The notes under the pieces: generated by a model
What the model was told of the DNA's origin: nothing
Database searches by the model: none
What the model saw: the letters and a program-made list of their open reading frames with translations, nothing else
Assembly: GCF_032191835.1 (NCBI RefSeq)
Contig: NC_083237.1
Coordinates: 12,772,001-12,836,000 of the forward strand
Length of the DNA stretch: 64,000 nt
Source of the DNA: Heteronotia binoei
Lineage: Eukaryota
Direction: 5' to 3'
Program-made: the position numbers and the translations under genes
Shown: piece after piece, positions 25,221-38,301 of the stretch
Position numbering within the stretch: the stretch's first letter is position 1
Layout of the letters: every line of letters starts with the position of its first letter

Positions 25221-27917
25221 ATGATTCCAAGGTACGGGAGGGGAAGACTGGCTCAGCTGGCGGCGTCCACCGGAAGGGCTGCGGCTGTCTGTCTGCAAGA
25301 ACCACATTTCTCAAGTGGGGACGAAACCGGCGCCCCTCAGGCCCCTGCCATGGGGCCTCCCCGGAGGTCTGTACAGCCAGTGCTGAAGGAGGAAGAAACC
25401 TGCCAGTCAACAGCGCAGAATCTGTTTTCCTACCTGAAAGAGGAGGAAGAAGAGGAAGAGGAGGAGGAAGAAACCACCGAGCTAGGAGCTTTTTTGACAG
25501 CACCTACACCTTCCACTCGGCTGGCTTTGAAACAGTCCTGCCACTCGGAGTCTCGTGAGGTGCTCTGCTACTTAAAGAAGGAGCAAGACGAGGCGACAGC
25601 CGCAGGGATAATGCCGTCGTCCCCACCCCATCACCTTCCACCCTTAGGCACTCCTCCAGAATTCCCTTCCTACTCATCACCTGCAGCCACAGGGAGAAAG
25701 TTCCACCGCCACGCTGGAAAAGAGATGCTGCATGTCTTCCCGCCGTTGACCCACGTCTCGGCATCCTCGTACCACTACAAACGTGGACGCGAGCACGAGG
25801 GACCGACGGCCGGAGTGGACTTTGCGCCCTCTCCTGCACCCAAGAAGACGACGTCGGCCGTGTGGGATTACTTCACTCTGGACCCGAGAGAGCCCTGCGT
25901 GGCGATCTGTAGCACTTGCCAGAAACGGGTGCGGAGGGGCAAAGACGGAGGTACCCGGCCCGGCACCACAGCCCTCCACAAACACTTGAGGGTCCACCAC
26001 GGGCTCCATTTGCCAGGAGTTGCGGTGGTCCCGCCTTCAACTCTGCTGCCCCCCAAAGAGAGACCTCAACGGAATCCTGTGGCAGTCGCTGAACCCGCTG
26101 CAGCCTTCCAGCTTGCCCATCAGGAGAGGAGCCAGCACTATTACCCTCCCACCCACCCGATGGCCATCCAGTTGGCCTCGGACACTGCTTGGATGTTAGC
26201 CGTGGACATGCAGCCCCCCTCCTACGTGGAAAGCGAAGGGTTCCTCCGGCTGATGGCTACCGCCCAACCCCTTTGGAAGGTTCCCGGCCGAGCGTTCTTT
26301 GCCACCAAGGCCATGCCGGAATTGTCCAACGCGTTGTCCAGAATGGTGCGTCAAGCCGTAGCATGCAGCGTAGGCCGCACCATCCATATTGCCCTAGACA
26401 CGTGGTCCGGCTGCCAAGCGGTGTGCTACATATCTGTGACAGCGCACTGGGTTGCTGAGTCGGAAGGCACGCTCTCCCGGCAGCATGCCACCCTCTCCGT
26501 GTGCGCCTTCGAGGGGACCCGCTCGGAAGAGGACATTTGCCAGAAACTGCGGGAAGTCTTGCAGGATTGGCTGTGCGACTTGAAGACCGGGGGCGTGATC
26601 ACAGACGACGGCACCGACTTGACCGAGGCCACGAGGCGACTGAGCCTCAAGCACGTCCCTTGTCTAACGAGCAGCCTGAAGAGGGTCACGAAGGCCTTTT
26701 TGGCGACCGACCCCCAAGTCGCCCGGCTCCTGAAAAAGTCCCGGAGGATCTGCAGCCGCTACGCGTCCTCGGCAGCCGCCCAGCACCGCCTCCTAGAAGC
26801 ACGAGCCGATCTGGGTGTACGTCGGGCGAGGTGCTCCGAGGCCCCAGCGAGATCCAGCTCGACCTTAAGAATGCTGGAATGCCTGCTCAGGCAACAGCGA
26901 GCCCTTAGTGCCATGTGGGACCAAGACGAGGAAGCTCCCTCCTTACGTCTGACGCTGGTGGACTGGGAGCTGTTGAAGTGCTTGGTTGACATCCTCAAAC
27001 CGTTCGAAGATGCTGCCTTGCTGGTGACCCGGGCTGAGGCTACTCTCTGCCAGGCCCTCCCTCTTCTGTGGTTCCTGGAGGAACAACTCCGGGCCCTGAG
27101 AACCCGCTACTATCAAGAGAACAGCAACTCTGGAGCACACTTGACCACCCAGGCCTTGAACTGTCTGGTAGGGGACGGCCAGCTCCAGGAGATGAAGAGC
27201 GGAACAGTCTGCCGCGTGGCTGCCTTCCTCGATCCCCGCTTCCGGGACATCACCACCATGAAGCTGGGCGGTGCCGGCACAGCCGACGTGGCCCTGTTAA
27301 GAGAGCATATCACTGACTTGGCGACGAGGTCTTACGTGCCACCCGGGCCGGACGGCGAGTTCTCTCAGGCGGGCCGGTTGTCTCCTCAGCGGCCCAGCCC
27401 TTCCAGCAACTCCCCTGGTTCGGCAGCGTGGCAGATCACCATGAAGCGATGGAGGGTCATTACCAAAAGCGACCCCGCGATGGGGCTGGTGAGCGAAGGG
27501 GGCGCCGCCGTGGCCCTTCGGGAAGTGGAGGAGTACCTCCACGACAATGTGGACCACGTTGGGGAAAACGCCGACCCGATGCTTTACTGGCAAGAAAAAA
27601 TGGGGACCTGGCCGGCGCTTTTCAAGGTTGCCGTGTTCCATTTTGGATGCCCGCCGACTTGCGTGTTCTCCGAGGACCCCTCCGAGATGGCCAGCTCTGT
27701 GCCGGCTGCCAGCTACCGCAAGAACCTGACCCCTGCCAACGTGAAGATGTTTACGTTCATCAAGAGGAACCGTCATCTCCTCCCACCAGACTGGAGGCTC
27801 TCTACCGAAGACCTCTCCTCGTCACAGAGCACCATGGGGTCCAGCGGGGACATGGACATGGTAGAGGAAGATCTTCTGACCATGGATGATGAGGGGCAGG
27901 AAGAGAAGGTGGAGTGA
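25221..27917 (+). CDS. ZBED-like protein (BED zinc finger plus hAT transposase core and dimerisation domain), 898 aa from the likely ATG; open frame extends back to 25128
   Basis: BED finger TSAVWDYF...CSTCQK...LHKHLRVHH (about 25845-26000); IALDTWS, VITDDG, AAFLDPRF, DPMLYW, TFIKRN hAT motifs; no stop in 2.7 kb; acceptor tttatctcctctgcag at 25208 then gccATGa. Confidence 0.92.
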   Translation: MIPRYGRGRLAQLAASTGRAAAVCLQEPHFSSGDETGAPQAPAMGPPRRSVQPVLKEEETCQSTAQNLFSYLKEEEEEEEEEEETTELGAFLTAPTPSTRLALKQSCHSESREVLCYLKKEQDEATAAGIMPSSPPHHLPPLGTPPEFPSYSSPAATGRKFHRHAGKEMLHVFPPLTHVSASSYHYKRGREHEGPTAGVDFAPSPAPKKTTSAVWDYFTLDPREPCVAICSTCQKRVRRGKDGGTRPGTTALHKHLRVHHGLHLPGVAVVPPSTLLPPKERPQRNPVAVAEPAAAFQLAHQERSQHYYPPTHPMAIQLASDTAWMLAVDMQPPSYVESEGFLRLMATAQPLWKVPGRAFFATKAMPELSNALSRMVRQAVACSVGRTIHIALDTWSGCQAVCYISVTAHWVAESEGTLSRQHATLSVCAFEGTRSEEDICQKLREVLQDWLCDLKTGGVITDDGTDLTEATRRLSLKHVPCLTSSLKRVTKAFLATDPQVARLLKKSRRICSRYASSAAAQHRLLEARADLGVRRARCSEAPARSSSTLRMLECLLRQQRALSAMWDQDEEAPSLRLTLVDWELLKCLVDILKPFEDAALLVTRAEATLCQALPLLWFLEEQLRALRTRYYQENSNSGAHLTTQALNCLVGDGQLQEMKSGTVCRVAAFLDPRFRDITTMKLGGAGTADVALLREHITDLATRSYVPPGPDGEFSQAGRLSPQRPSPSSNSPGSAAWQITMKRWRVITKSDPAMGLVSEGGAAVALREVEEYLHDNVDHVGENADPMLYWQEKMGTWPALFKVAVFHFGCPPTCVFSEDPSEMASSVPAASYRKNLTPANVKMFTFIKRNRHLLPPDWRLSTEDLSSSQSTMGSSGDMDMVEEDLLTMDDEGQEEKVE

Positions 27918-28007
27918 GGCATTCCGTGGCCTGTCCCGTGGGCTTTTATTTCCTCACGTGAATACAGGGCCATCAAGTTGCAGCCAATTTATAGCAACCC
28001 TGTAGGG

Positions 28008-28651
28008 CAGGGGTGTGGAACTCATTTCTTATGAGGGCCGGATCTGACATAAATGAGGCCTTGTCAGGCTGGGTTGTGTCGAGGCCTTGTCGGGCCGGGT
28101 TGTGTCGAGCCGAGCCGTGTGCGTACCTATGTATGATTAGGTAGCAGAGATATAAACTTTATAAAGGACGCAGATTAACATAATTAAAGAGTTTTTAAAA
28201 AACCCTTAACATAAAACATGTTTAAAACATTAGCACTTGTTGGTCCTAAAGGTGCTTTCTTTGTATCTCTCCCACGGGATCCAGGGAAGTGGGCAAAGGA
28301 AGCTCTGGCTCTTTCCTTCCTTCCACAGGGGGCCAGGAGGGAGGAGGAGCCTCAGCCAACAGAAGGCGGAGAGTCTTGGCTCAGTAGCTTTGCAGTGCGA
28401 TTGAGAGAGCCTGGCAAAGCAGGCTCTCCCTCCCCTCTCCTCCCAAAGGGAGGAGCCTCAGCCAATGGAGAAAATAGAGGCTTTGCTCTGTAGCTCCTGT
28501 GCAATTGAGCAAGCCTGGCAAAGCAAGCTGTGATGCAAAAGGAAGCAAGAGAAAGGGAGAAAGAAGCAGATGACAGCCAATTGCTTGGGGGGCTGATAGG
28601 AGCCCTCTGGGGGCCAGATTCAGCCCCCTAACTGCATGTTAGACAGCCGTG
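28008..28651. mobile_element. MITE family D (right arm, inverted; in the putative ZBED 3' UTR)
   Basis: caggggtgtggaac ... gttagacagccgtg; flanks do not form a TSD. Confidence 0.8.
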
Positions 28652-28963
28652 CTCTATCACCAACTCCATCCTTGTACTTCTGGTGAAGCCACTTACAAAG
28701 TCTTTCCACACGACTTTCCCCTTCCTCACAACTAGATGACCCTGGAGGTCCCTTCCAACTCGATGATTCTGTGCTACCTATAGAAAACTCCAGGCTACTG
28801 GATTGCTGGCTATAGCTTGGACCCTTCTGCTGCAAGAAGGTGTACCGTCTAATAACAGGTACTAAACATATTAGATAGGAAGTTAGGGGTTTTTTTGTTT
28901 TGTTTCTCTGTGGCTAAGCTGTGGAGACTGAACTGCATCGTGAAATCCTTTTTTGAATTGTTC

Positions 28964-28969
28964 AATAAA
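28964..28969 (+). promoter_or_regulatory. Candidate poly(A) signal of the ZBED-like gene
   Basis: AATAAA followed by a GT/T-rich stretch at 28990-29010. Confidence 0.5.
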
Positions 28970-29394
28970 CCTTTATTTTTTACAAAGGTCTGTTTTGTTT
29001 GTGTTTCTTTAACCTGGAGGACCTCTAGGGCTGGGTGGTGCTCAGGGAAAAAGGAGCAGGGGCCCAGGTGTGGGTCTCTGACCACAACCTCGCAGGGTTG
29101 TCGTGAGGCTAAAATGGAGAATGCAGCAAGGCACTTTGCGGGTCTCCTTTGAGCGAAAAGTGGGATAAAGTTAACAAAAAAAAAATTAAAATTGCCAAGG
29201 ATCATAGGACCTGTCCAAAGACAAAAAATCTCACAAACATTTCTTCTCACAAACATGAAATCCGTGAGAGACAAGACAGCAATCCAACAAGAAAATATAT
29301 TGACCCTTGGAATATCTATATTGATCAGTCTACCTGTATACCCACACATGTATACTGGGTAAGAAAAAACACTAAAAAGCCACTAAAAATAAAC

Positions 29395-29531
29395 CAGGGG
29401 TGGCCAACGGTAGCTATCCAGATGTTTTTTTGCCTACAACTCCCATCAGCCACAGCCATTGGCCATGCTGGCTGGGGCTGATGGGAGTTGTAGGCAAAAA
29501 ACATCTGGAGAGTTACCGTTGGTCACCCCTG
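29395..29531. mobile_element. Palindromic hAT MITE (137 bp)
   Basis: Long TIRs; perfect 8-bp TSD AAATAAAC. Confidence 0.9.
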
Positions 29532-29959
29532 AAATAAACCATTATGAGGAATTTTTCCAAGGGGTTTATGGACTTCAGGTGTGTCCAGGGTAGGGGCTGC
29601 TTTGTGCAAACAAAAAAAAAGTGGAAACAATGATCAGTGGGGGGGGGGAGGACCAAGGAATTCTGTTTTCAGTTATTTGCATAGACAGATGGACACAATT
29701 ATCCTTCTGGAATTTATCACAGGAGTTGAAAGGGTTAAGCATCACCAGCTTCAAGAGGGGGTTAGATAAAAATATGGAGCAGAGGTCCACCAGTAGCTGT
29801 TAGCCACAGCGTGTATGTGTGTGTGTTTTTGGCCACTGTGTGACACAGAGTGTTGGACTGGAAGGGCCATTGGCTTCTCTTATGTTCTTATGGATAGCGC
29901 CATGAAAATATCACCCCGATATGCTGTAAGCAGCAAAAAAGGCAAACTACATGCTAGAG

Positions 29960-30377
29960 CAGAGGTGGCCAAACCGTGGCTCTGCAGCCGCGTGTGGCTC
30001 CTTCACACATATTATGTGGCTCTTGAAGCCCTCACGGCCTTGTCAGCTGGCTTGGAGAAGGCATTTCCCTTTTTAAATCTCTTCTCCAAGCCAAGCCAGC
30101 TGGCAGCTTGGAGAATGCATTTAAAGTTAAAGTCACTTTCTTTCCACCTNNNNNNNNNNNNNNNNNNNNNNNNNNNNNNNNNNNNNNNNNNNNNNNNNNN
30201 NNNNNNNNNNNNNNNNNNNNNNNNNNNNNNNNNNNNNNNNNNNNNNNNNNNNNNNNNNNNNNNNNNNNNNNNNNNNNNNNNCGGCTCTCAAGCATCTGGC
30301 ATTCATGTCTTGAGGCTCTGAAACATCTGGCATTTATTCTATATAGCTCTTACATGAAGCAAGTTTGGCCACCCCTG
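29960..30377. mobile_element. MITE family E (contains an N-gap)
   Basis: cagaggtggccaaac ... gtttggccacccctg; TSD tgctagag/tgctagcg. Confidence 0.8.
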
Positions 30378-31324
30378 TGCTAGCGGTTAGTAAAAGAAGG
30401 AATGTAGTCCTAGCTACAGGCAAAGGAAACTTTAAAGGGGATTTGACAAATACACAGAGGAAGATCTACTGGTGACTGAACTCGGAATACCAGTGCCATG
30501 AGAAAACACCAGGGGAAGGCTACAGCCTCTAGGCCCCGTTGTTGGTCTCCAAGACTGCTTGAGTGGCCCCTGGGCAAGACAGGCTGCTAGACTAGATGGG
30601 CTGCGTGCCTTTACTTCCTCTACACAAGCTAAGACAAAATGCAGTGGAGGAAGGTTTCTACAAAGCCCACAAGTTTAGGTAACACTTCTGAGAGCGCCAG
30701 CCTACTGAATAAAGAGTTCACGTGTGTGTTGTATAACACAGTCAGGACAGCTGTTTGCAAACCTATCAGATATGTAAGGCTACTTAATTTTAAAGCTTTC
30801 ACTTCAGCAGGGAACCAAAAGCAGCTTACGCAGTTCTCTCTTTATCTTCACAACAACCCAGTGTTAGGTAGGTAGGCGAGGCTGAAGTATACTCTAAATA
30901 TGGGAAAATATCATTTCTTGCCCAGCACTCCATGAGTTAACTTTATTACCGGTGATCAAGGCGAGTTTTTCATTAATTAGCTACGCAACATTTTTTCTCC
31001 CCACCTCCTGTTAAAAATTTCGTTTTCCAGATTACTCTCCCCCTCCCTTCAAGTTGGTTTAAACAAAAGTGAAGCCAGAGTAGCAAAAGCCGGTAGAGTA
31101 TGGGATCCAAAAATCGCAGTTCCATTCTCGTTTTTGGTTCTTTCGTTGTTGGAAGAAATACGTTGTCTCATTTGGAGAAATATTCCCCGGGGAAGGGGAG
31201 AGGTCCATTAAAGGCTGCATTAGAGTACAATTTGTCAAGCAGGGAATCCCCCTTCATGTCTTTTAACTAAAATGCTCTTTGGGGGTTCCCAAATAACAAA
31301 TGAAAGTGATATTTTAAAAAAGCA

Positions 31325-31918
31325 AACTAGCAGAGTTTAGTTAGTATATGTAATGAGACAAACGGTCCACATCCCTCATCTGAGCATGTCAACACAAAAA
31401 GAACCCAAAAAAGCATTCGGATACACAGTTCTAAAAGAGAAATACACTGGAACACTGTGGATGCACAGCTATGCTCCGCGAGAATTGATTTAGTATATGT
31501 AATGAGATAAAAAAAATGATATCCCTGTTCAGTCCTGGGGAAGTGTTTGTGCCAAGTTTCATAATGTTGTAATTCAGCAATTTCTCTCCACTCTGTTCTT
31601 GAAGTTCCTTGCAATAAAACAGCTACTTTGAGGTCACCCGCTGGATGCTCAGGAAGGATATAGTGTTCTCCAACAGGTTTCTCAGTTCTGTAATCCCTGA
31701 TGTCAGATTTGTGTCCATTTATCCTTTGGCGGAGGGTTTGTCCTGTTTGCCCTATGTAGAGAACTGAGGGGCACTGTTGGCATTTAATGGCATATATAAT
31801 GTTGGAAGATGAGCAAGTGAATGAGCCTGAGATGGTATAGTTAATGCTGTTAGGCCCAGTGACTGTGTTGTCTGGGTGTATGTGGAAGCAAAATTGACAC
31901 TTGGGCTTATTGCAAGCT
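31325..31918 (-). mobile_element. Penelope-like retroelement fragment (GIY-YIG endonuclease)
   Basis: NIIYAIKCQQCPSVLYIGQTGQTLRQRINGHKSDI is the Penelope GIY-YIG motif with its extra Cys pair. Confidence 0.88.
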
Positions 31919-31923
31919 CTTTT

Positions 31924-32121
31924 ACCGGGTGGTTTGCCACTGCCTTCCCCAGTCATCTACACTTTCCCCCCAGCAAGCTGGGTCCTCATTTTACCGACCT
32001 CGGCAGGATAGAAGGCTGAGTCAACCTCGAGCCGGCTATCTGAACCCACATTCTGCAGGGATCGAACTCAGGCCGCGAGCAGAGCTTGGATTGCAGCTTT
32101 TACCACTCTGCGCCAGGGAGC
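31924..32121 (-). mobile_element. Sauria SINE (partial)
   Basis: ggtttgccactgccttccccagtcatctacac...ttttaccgacctcgg...accactctgcgcc. Confidence 0.8.
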
Positions 32122-32275
32122 TCTTAAACAACTATTTAACATAGGGCAATTATTTCGACAAATGAAAGAGGATCAGATTACGACCAGCATATCTATTCTA
32201 CTGAAGCCACTATATTTGTCACACTGTAAATGCAGAAATACAAAGTACTCAGCTTTTTCTAGTGAAAAGGTGGGT

Positions 32276-32291
32276 GGTCCTGAAAAGGACC
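32276..32291 (-). promoter_or_regulatory. Histone 3' stem-loop (H4 copy 2)
   Basis: Reverse complement GGTCCTTTTCAGGACC ACCCA; HDE-like GAAAAAGCTG. Confidence 0.95.
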
Positions 32292-32331
32292 TTTGGTGTT
32301 GTTGGAAAATGGCAGGATTCGGAAGCGCCTC

Positions 32332-32811
<480 letters not shown>

Positions 32812-34559
32812 TCAAACGAGCCAATCAGCATCTCGCCTTCCTTTTTAAAAATAAAAACATTGCTGCCGCCTTTTTAAACATTTCCCAGCTTAGATAGGAA
32901 GGAACTTCATCTAGGCAAATATCGCTTATAATTTATTCCTTTCTTATTTTATCGAAATGGTTGGTGGCAGGTTACAGAAATCAAATACTTAAGAAGTGAA
33001 ATAGTACGCATTAATAATGCTCTACCATTTTGAAAACAGTATAGACCTGCTGAAAAGTCGACAAAGTTAAAATTCACAGTTTTCTTCCAAAACAGATTGG
33101 AGAGAAAATAAAAATCTGGCAGAAACTAACGTTTTATTCTTAGTTTCTGCACAACTAAGAAACACTGCAGAACTGAACTACAGGGAACTAAACTAAATCA
33201 TCTCCTCTCTTGCTGTTCATATACTCAGGAAAACAAAGTTATAGTGGCATCTTTAACTTCCATTTCTATGTATCAGAAGAACGCTGCATGTGCATCAAAG
33301 CTCATACCTTACATAAAACTTGTTTGGTCTTAAAGGTGCCACTGGACTCAAAGCTTGTTCTGCTGCTTCAGTCCCAATACAGCTACCCCACCTGGATCTA
33401 TACAAAGAAAAAGGTACTGAGAACATAAGAGAAGCCATGTTGGATCAGGCCAATGGACCATCCAGTCACACAGTGGCCAATATATGTGTATACACACAAA
33501 CACACACACATATACATACATATACACACACACACACATATATATATATATTGTGGCTAATAGCCACTGATGGACCTCTGCTCCATGTTTTTATCCAATC
33601 CCCTCTTAAAGCTGACTTTGCTTGCAGCCGTACTGATGCTTGGATTGTAAAAGCAGACAAAGCAGAAGCATTCTTATTTTGTATCCTGTATTTGTCGTAT
33701 CCATATGCTTGGGGAAAATAAACTCCAGCGTGGGGGAAAGGCGCAGAGTAACATGGCACGATCTTTATTGACATATCAAGGTGCCACAAGAATTTCTTGC
33801 ACTATTTGCCCCATAAATGCTGCCTCCTTTGAAATCTGCACAAGAGACTTTTTTTTTAAGGCTTTCCTGATTCTCAAAGATAGGAACTGCAGACATTTTG
33901 TTTCTCCTGGCATGCCTTTTCCTGTCCACTAAACTTCCAGCCTAGCAATCCTGGCGAACAGAAGCGCTTCTACTCATTGTTTTAAGGTATTTCAAGTGGG
34001 TCCACAACTGAAACAGTCCCACACTGTAGATTCAGGGGGGCCACTGTGTTGGCCTGAAGCCACAGAAGCAGTTTGAGTCCAGTGGCACTAACGGACAGAT
34101 AGTATGAACTACACACTGTGACAGATAGTATGAACTACACACTGTCCCTAAAGTATAAATCATGGGTGGTCAAGTCTGCTTCATGTAAGAGCCACATAGA
34201 ATAAATGCCAGATGTTTGAGAGGGAGGGAAATAGGTGCGGGAGGGAGAAGTGGAAAGAAAGCAACTGTGAATGCATTCTCCAAGCTGCCGGCTGGCTAGG
34301 CTTGGAGAAGTGATTTAAAGAGACAAATGCCTTTTCCAAGCTGGCCAACAGGGCAGTGGAGGCGTTGAGAGTCACAGAATATGTGTGAAAGAGCCACATG
34401 TGGATCCTGAGCTGCAGTTTGGCCACCCCTGCTATAAACTGTACGCTAAACAACGGACTTACAGAGTCTCTAAGCCTTTACCCCGAGATTCTCTATGAAC
34501 CACATTATTACAGCACAGCCCTCTTTCCTGGGCAAAAGGCACTCTTGAATAATTGTATT

Positions 34560-35150
34560 TTGCATAGATTGCAAAAATTCAGGAGTGGGCACCTTTCTAA
34601 TTTTGTCAGGTAAGCCATTCCACAAGACAGGGGTCACAATTGACAAAGCAATTGTTGGCTTTTCAGGATGGCACCCGAAGATGAACAGAGCAGCCATGAC
34701 AGAGCAGCAGACGCGAGGAACGATGTCACGAAGGGCTCTGCATGTCACAATGAAAATCTTAAAATGATGCCCATAACTGACAGGCAACAAGGGCAATGAC
34801 CGCAGGGTGGGCGTAAAGGTCTGCTCTCTCTGGCTCCCAATAATACCTGAGCTGCAGCATTCTGTTCCATCTGGAGTCTCTGAGTTGACTTCAAGAGAAG
34901 ACGTGTACACCGTGCATTGCAGTAGTCTAGTCTGGAGGTTATTGCGGCACGGATCCAGTAGGCCAGATCGGTGGAGTCAAAGCTAGGGGTTCATCTTCTG
35001 TGCTAAACCGAGTTAGCAAGGAAGTGGATTTTGCCGCTGCATTAGCTTACTTCGTGCTGAATCCAGTGTCACTCCAAGGCTCCCGACAGAGTCCCCAAAA
35101 CCCATCCAAATTGGGCAGCACAACACCCTTCGGGGACCTCCACCTTCTCA
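34560..35150 (-). mobile_element. Old L2 fragment
   Basis: Minus translation with FKIFIVTCRAL and LWNGLPDKIR, typical L2 3' coding end. Confidence 0.6.
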
Positions 35151-35648
35151 GCCACTGAGTGACAAAGTTGCAAATCCTTGTACACTTCTCAGTTTGTTTT
35201 GTGGTACATTTCTTGTGTCTGTACAACTATTAAGTGTACACATACACAAACAATAAGCTTTTTCAGGGGTAAATATGCGCATATTCTTAAGTCCTTCTAA
35301 GCATATTAATGTAATAGTTGCATGGAAATGCCTGAAAGCTCTCAAGAAATAAGGGAAGAAAACACAGCAGTGAGTCCCTGCAGTGCCTACTAGGCTTTAC
35401 AGCCCCCCCCCCAGAGCCTTGAGGGAACATTAGAATTAAAAACAACCCCCCCTTAAAAAAAAAAACCCTTTTGATATGGAAAAATCCTACCAGCTCATTT
35501 AGGCTTGTCTTCCCCCTCCCCCTCATGCAAGTTCTTATTCCAGTTTCAAAGCGCAATAAAAAGGACCAGACAATGTATCCAAGAACGAAATACATTCTTC
35601 ACAGTGGATTTGCTTAAATCTGTTTACTAGTGGCTTCGAAGTTCTTAA

Positions 35649-35882
35649 AAAGGTAGTGGTAGTCCCCTGTGCAAGCACCAGTCGTTTCCGACTCTGGGGT
35701 GACGTCGCATCACAACGTTTTCACAGCACTTTTTACGGGGTGGTTTGCCATTGCCTTCCCCGGTCTTCTACACTTTCCCCCCAGTAAGCTGGGTCCTCAT
35801 TTTACCGACCTCGGAAGGATGGAAAGCTGAACCCAGCTTCCGTTGGGATTGAACTCAGGTCGTGAGCAGAGTTTGGACTGCT
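35649..35882 (-). mobile_element. Sauria SINE (partial)
   Basis: aaaggtag...tcccctgtgcaagcaccagtcgtttccgactctgggg tail/body. Confidence 0.8.
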
Positions 35883-36326
35883 CTTCAAAGTTCTTGGGAC
35901 TCTTCAAAGTTCTTAACTGTAGCCAAACAAGTAAACCTAGCAACTATTTTGCAAGTTAACAAAATTAGACCAACTATAGCAGGGGAGGATGCGATTCTCT
36001 AGATACTTTTCATTACCCTTCTAAGAGTGCTAAAATGTTACCAACATAAGAAAGCACGTTTGCAACAAGTTTGTTACATTAAAAAGTACATGTCCGCTAA
36101 GTATCCAGAATAATCCCTTTAGAACGCGGTTTAAATTACTTGGTGCACAGAGAGTACTTTGAAATGTCGCATCAGTAGCTTTGTTAAGAGAGCTTCTATT
36201 CTAATAAACAAATATGTTTACATCTAGAGTAAGGAAAATTGTATTGGTTTATCTAATAAGACAGAAAACAGGATTAAATCACGGGTATCTTTGTAGTGAT
36301 CATGGCTCTTTTGTGAAAAAGTAGGT

Positions 36327-36342
36327 GGCTCTAAAAAGAGCC
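36327..36342 (-). promoter_or_regulatory. Histone 3' stem-loop (H2B copy 3)
   Basis: Reverse complement GGCTCTTTTTAGAGCC ACCTA; HDE-like AAAAGAGCC. Confidence 0.95.
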
Positions 36343-36396
36343 TTTGGGTTTTGGACCTGCTGTTTTCAACCTCCGGCTCCGGGGGGGGGGGGGGGA

Positions 36397-37588
<1,192 letters not shown>

Positions 37589-37648
37589 TTTTGCAACTTG
37601 GAAAAGGAAAAAAGCGTCGCCCCGCAGGCAACAAAACGACAACACAAA

Positions 37649-37664
37649 GGCTCTTTTAAGAGCC
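37649..37664 (+). promoter_or_regulatory. Histone 3' stem-loop (H2A)
   Basis: ACAAA GGCTCTTTTAAGAGCC GCCTC; HDE AAAGAGCTG near 37682. Confidence 0.92.
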
Positions 37665-38301
37665 GCCTCCAACTTCAAAAAAAAGAGCTGGTTTACTAAT
37701 CTTATACTTTTCCTTTTAAAGTTGGGAAGTTCAATTTATGCAGTGGAGTCTTAAGTGGGAACGCTAGGCTGCGAACTGGATCTCTGATGTTAGGCTTCGG
37801 CCATAGGGCTTGTCCACGTGCGTTTCTTCAAAACTGTTCCGGTAGAGTCCATAGTTCTGGCCATGATGGGGTCAAGTGCTGGGAACCCGCGTCCTTTAAG
37901 TGTTTTCTAGCTGATTTGGGGGTTCCAAGGCTGTTGTGAAGTTTTTGTGGGCTACCCTTAAGAGCGATCGGCTCACTTCGGTGAAAGCGGTCCACAAGAC
38001 AGATAAGCCGTGTTTGTCTATAGCCGTAAAAAAGTGCAAGACTCCCAATAGCAGCTTAGAATCGTAGAGTTAGAAAGGACCTCCAGGGTCATCTAATCCA
38101 ACCCCATGCACAATGCAGGAAAAAGACTAAAGACTAACTTTGGGCGGGGAGGAGGGTGAAGTTTGAAGCTTTGAGGAGCGCTTCTGGGCTTGTGAATATG
38201 ATGGACGGGATATATAGTAACCGCCATGTTGTGGAGCCGAAAACAAGTTTGCAATGCTGAGACGCAAGGAGGAACCGAGTACGGGGTAACTTCCACCTTT
38301 T

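Noticed and set aside
24354-28004. Autonomous hAT element enclosing the ZBED ORF (TAGGGTTGCCA at 24354; tagcaaccctg near 27992)
   Set aside because: The left end is closed by its own right TIR at 25083-25093 with a partial TSD, and no matching TSD spans the larger unit.
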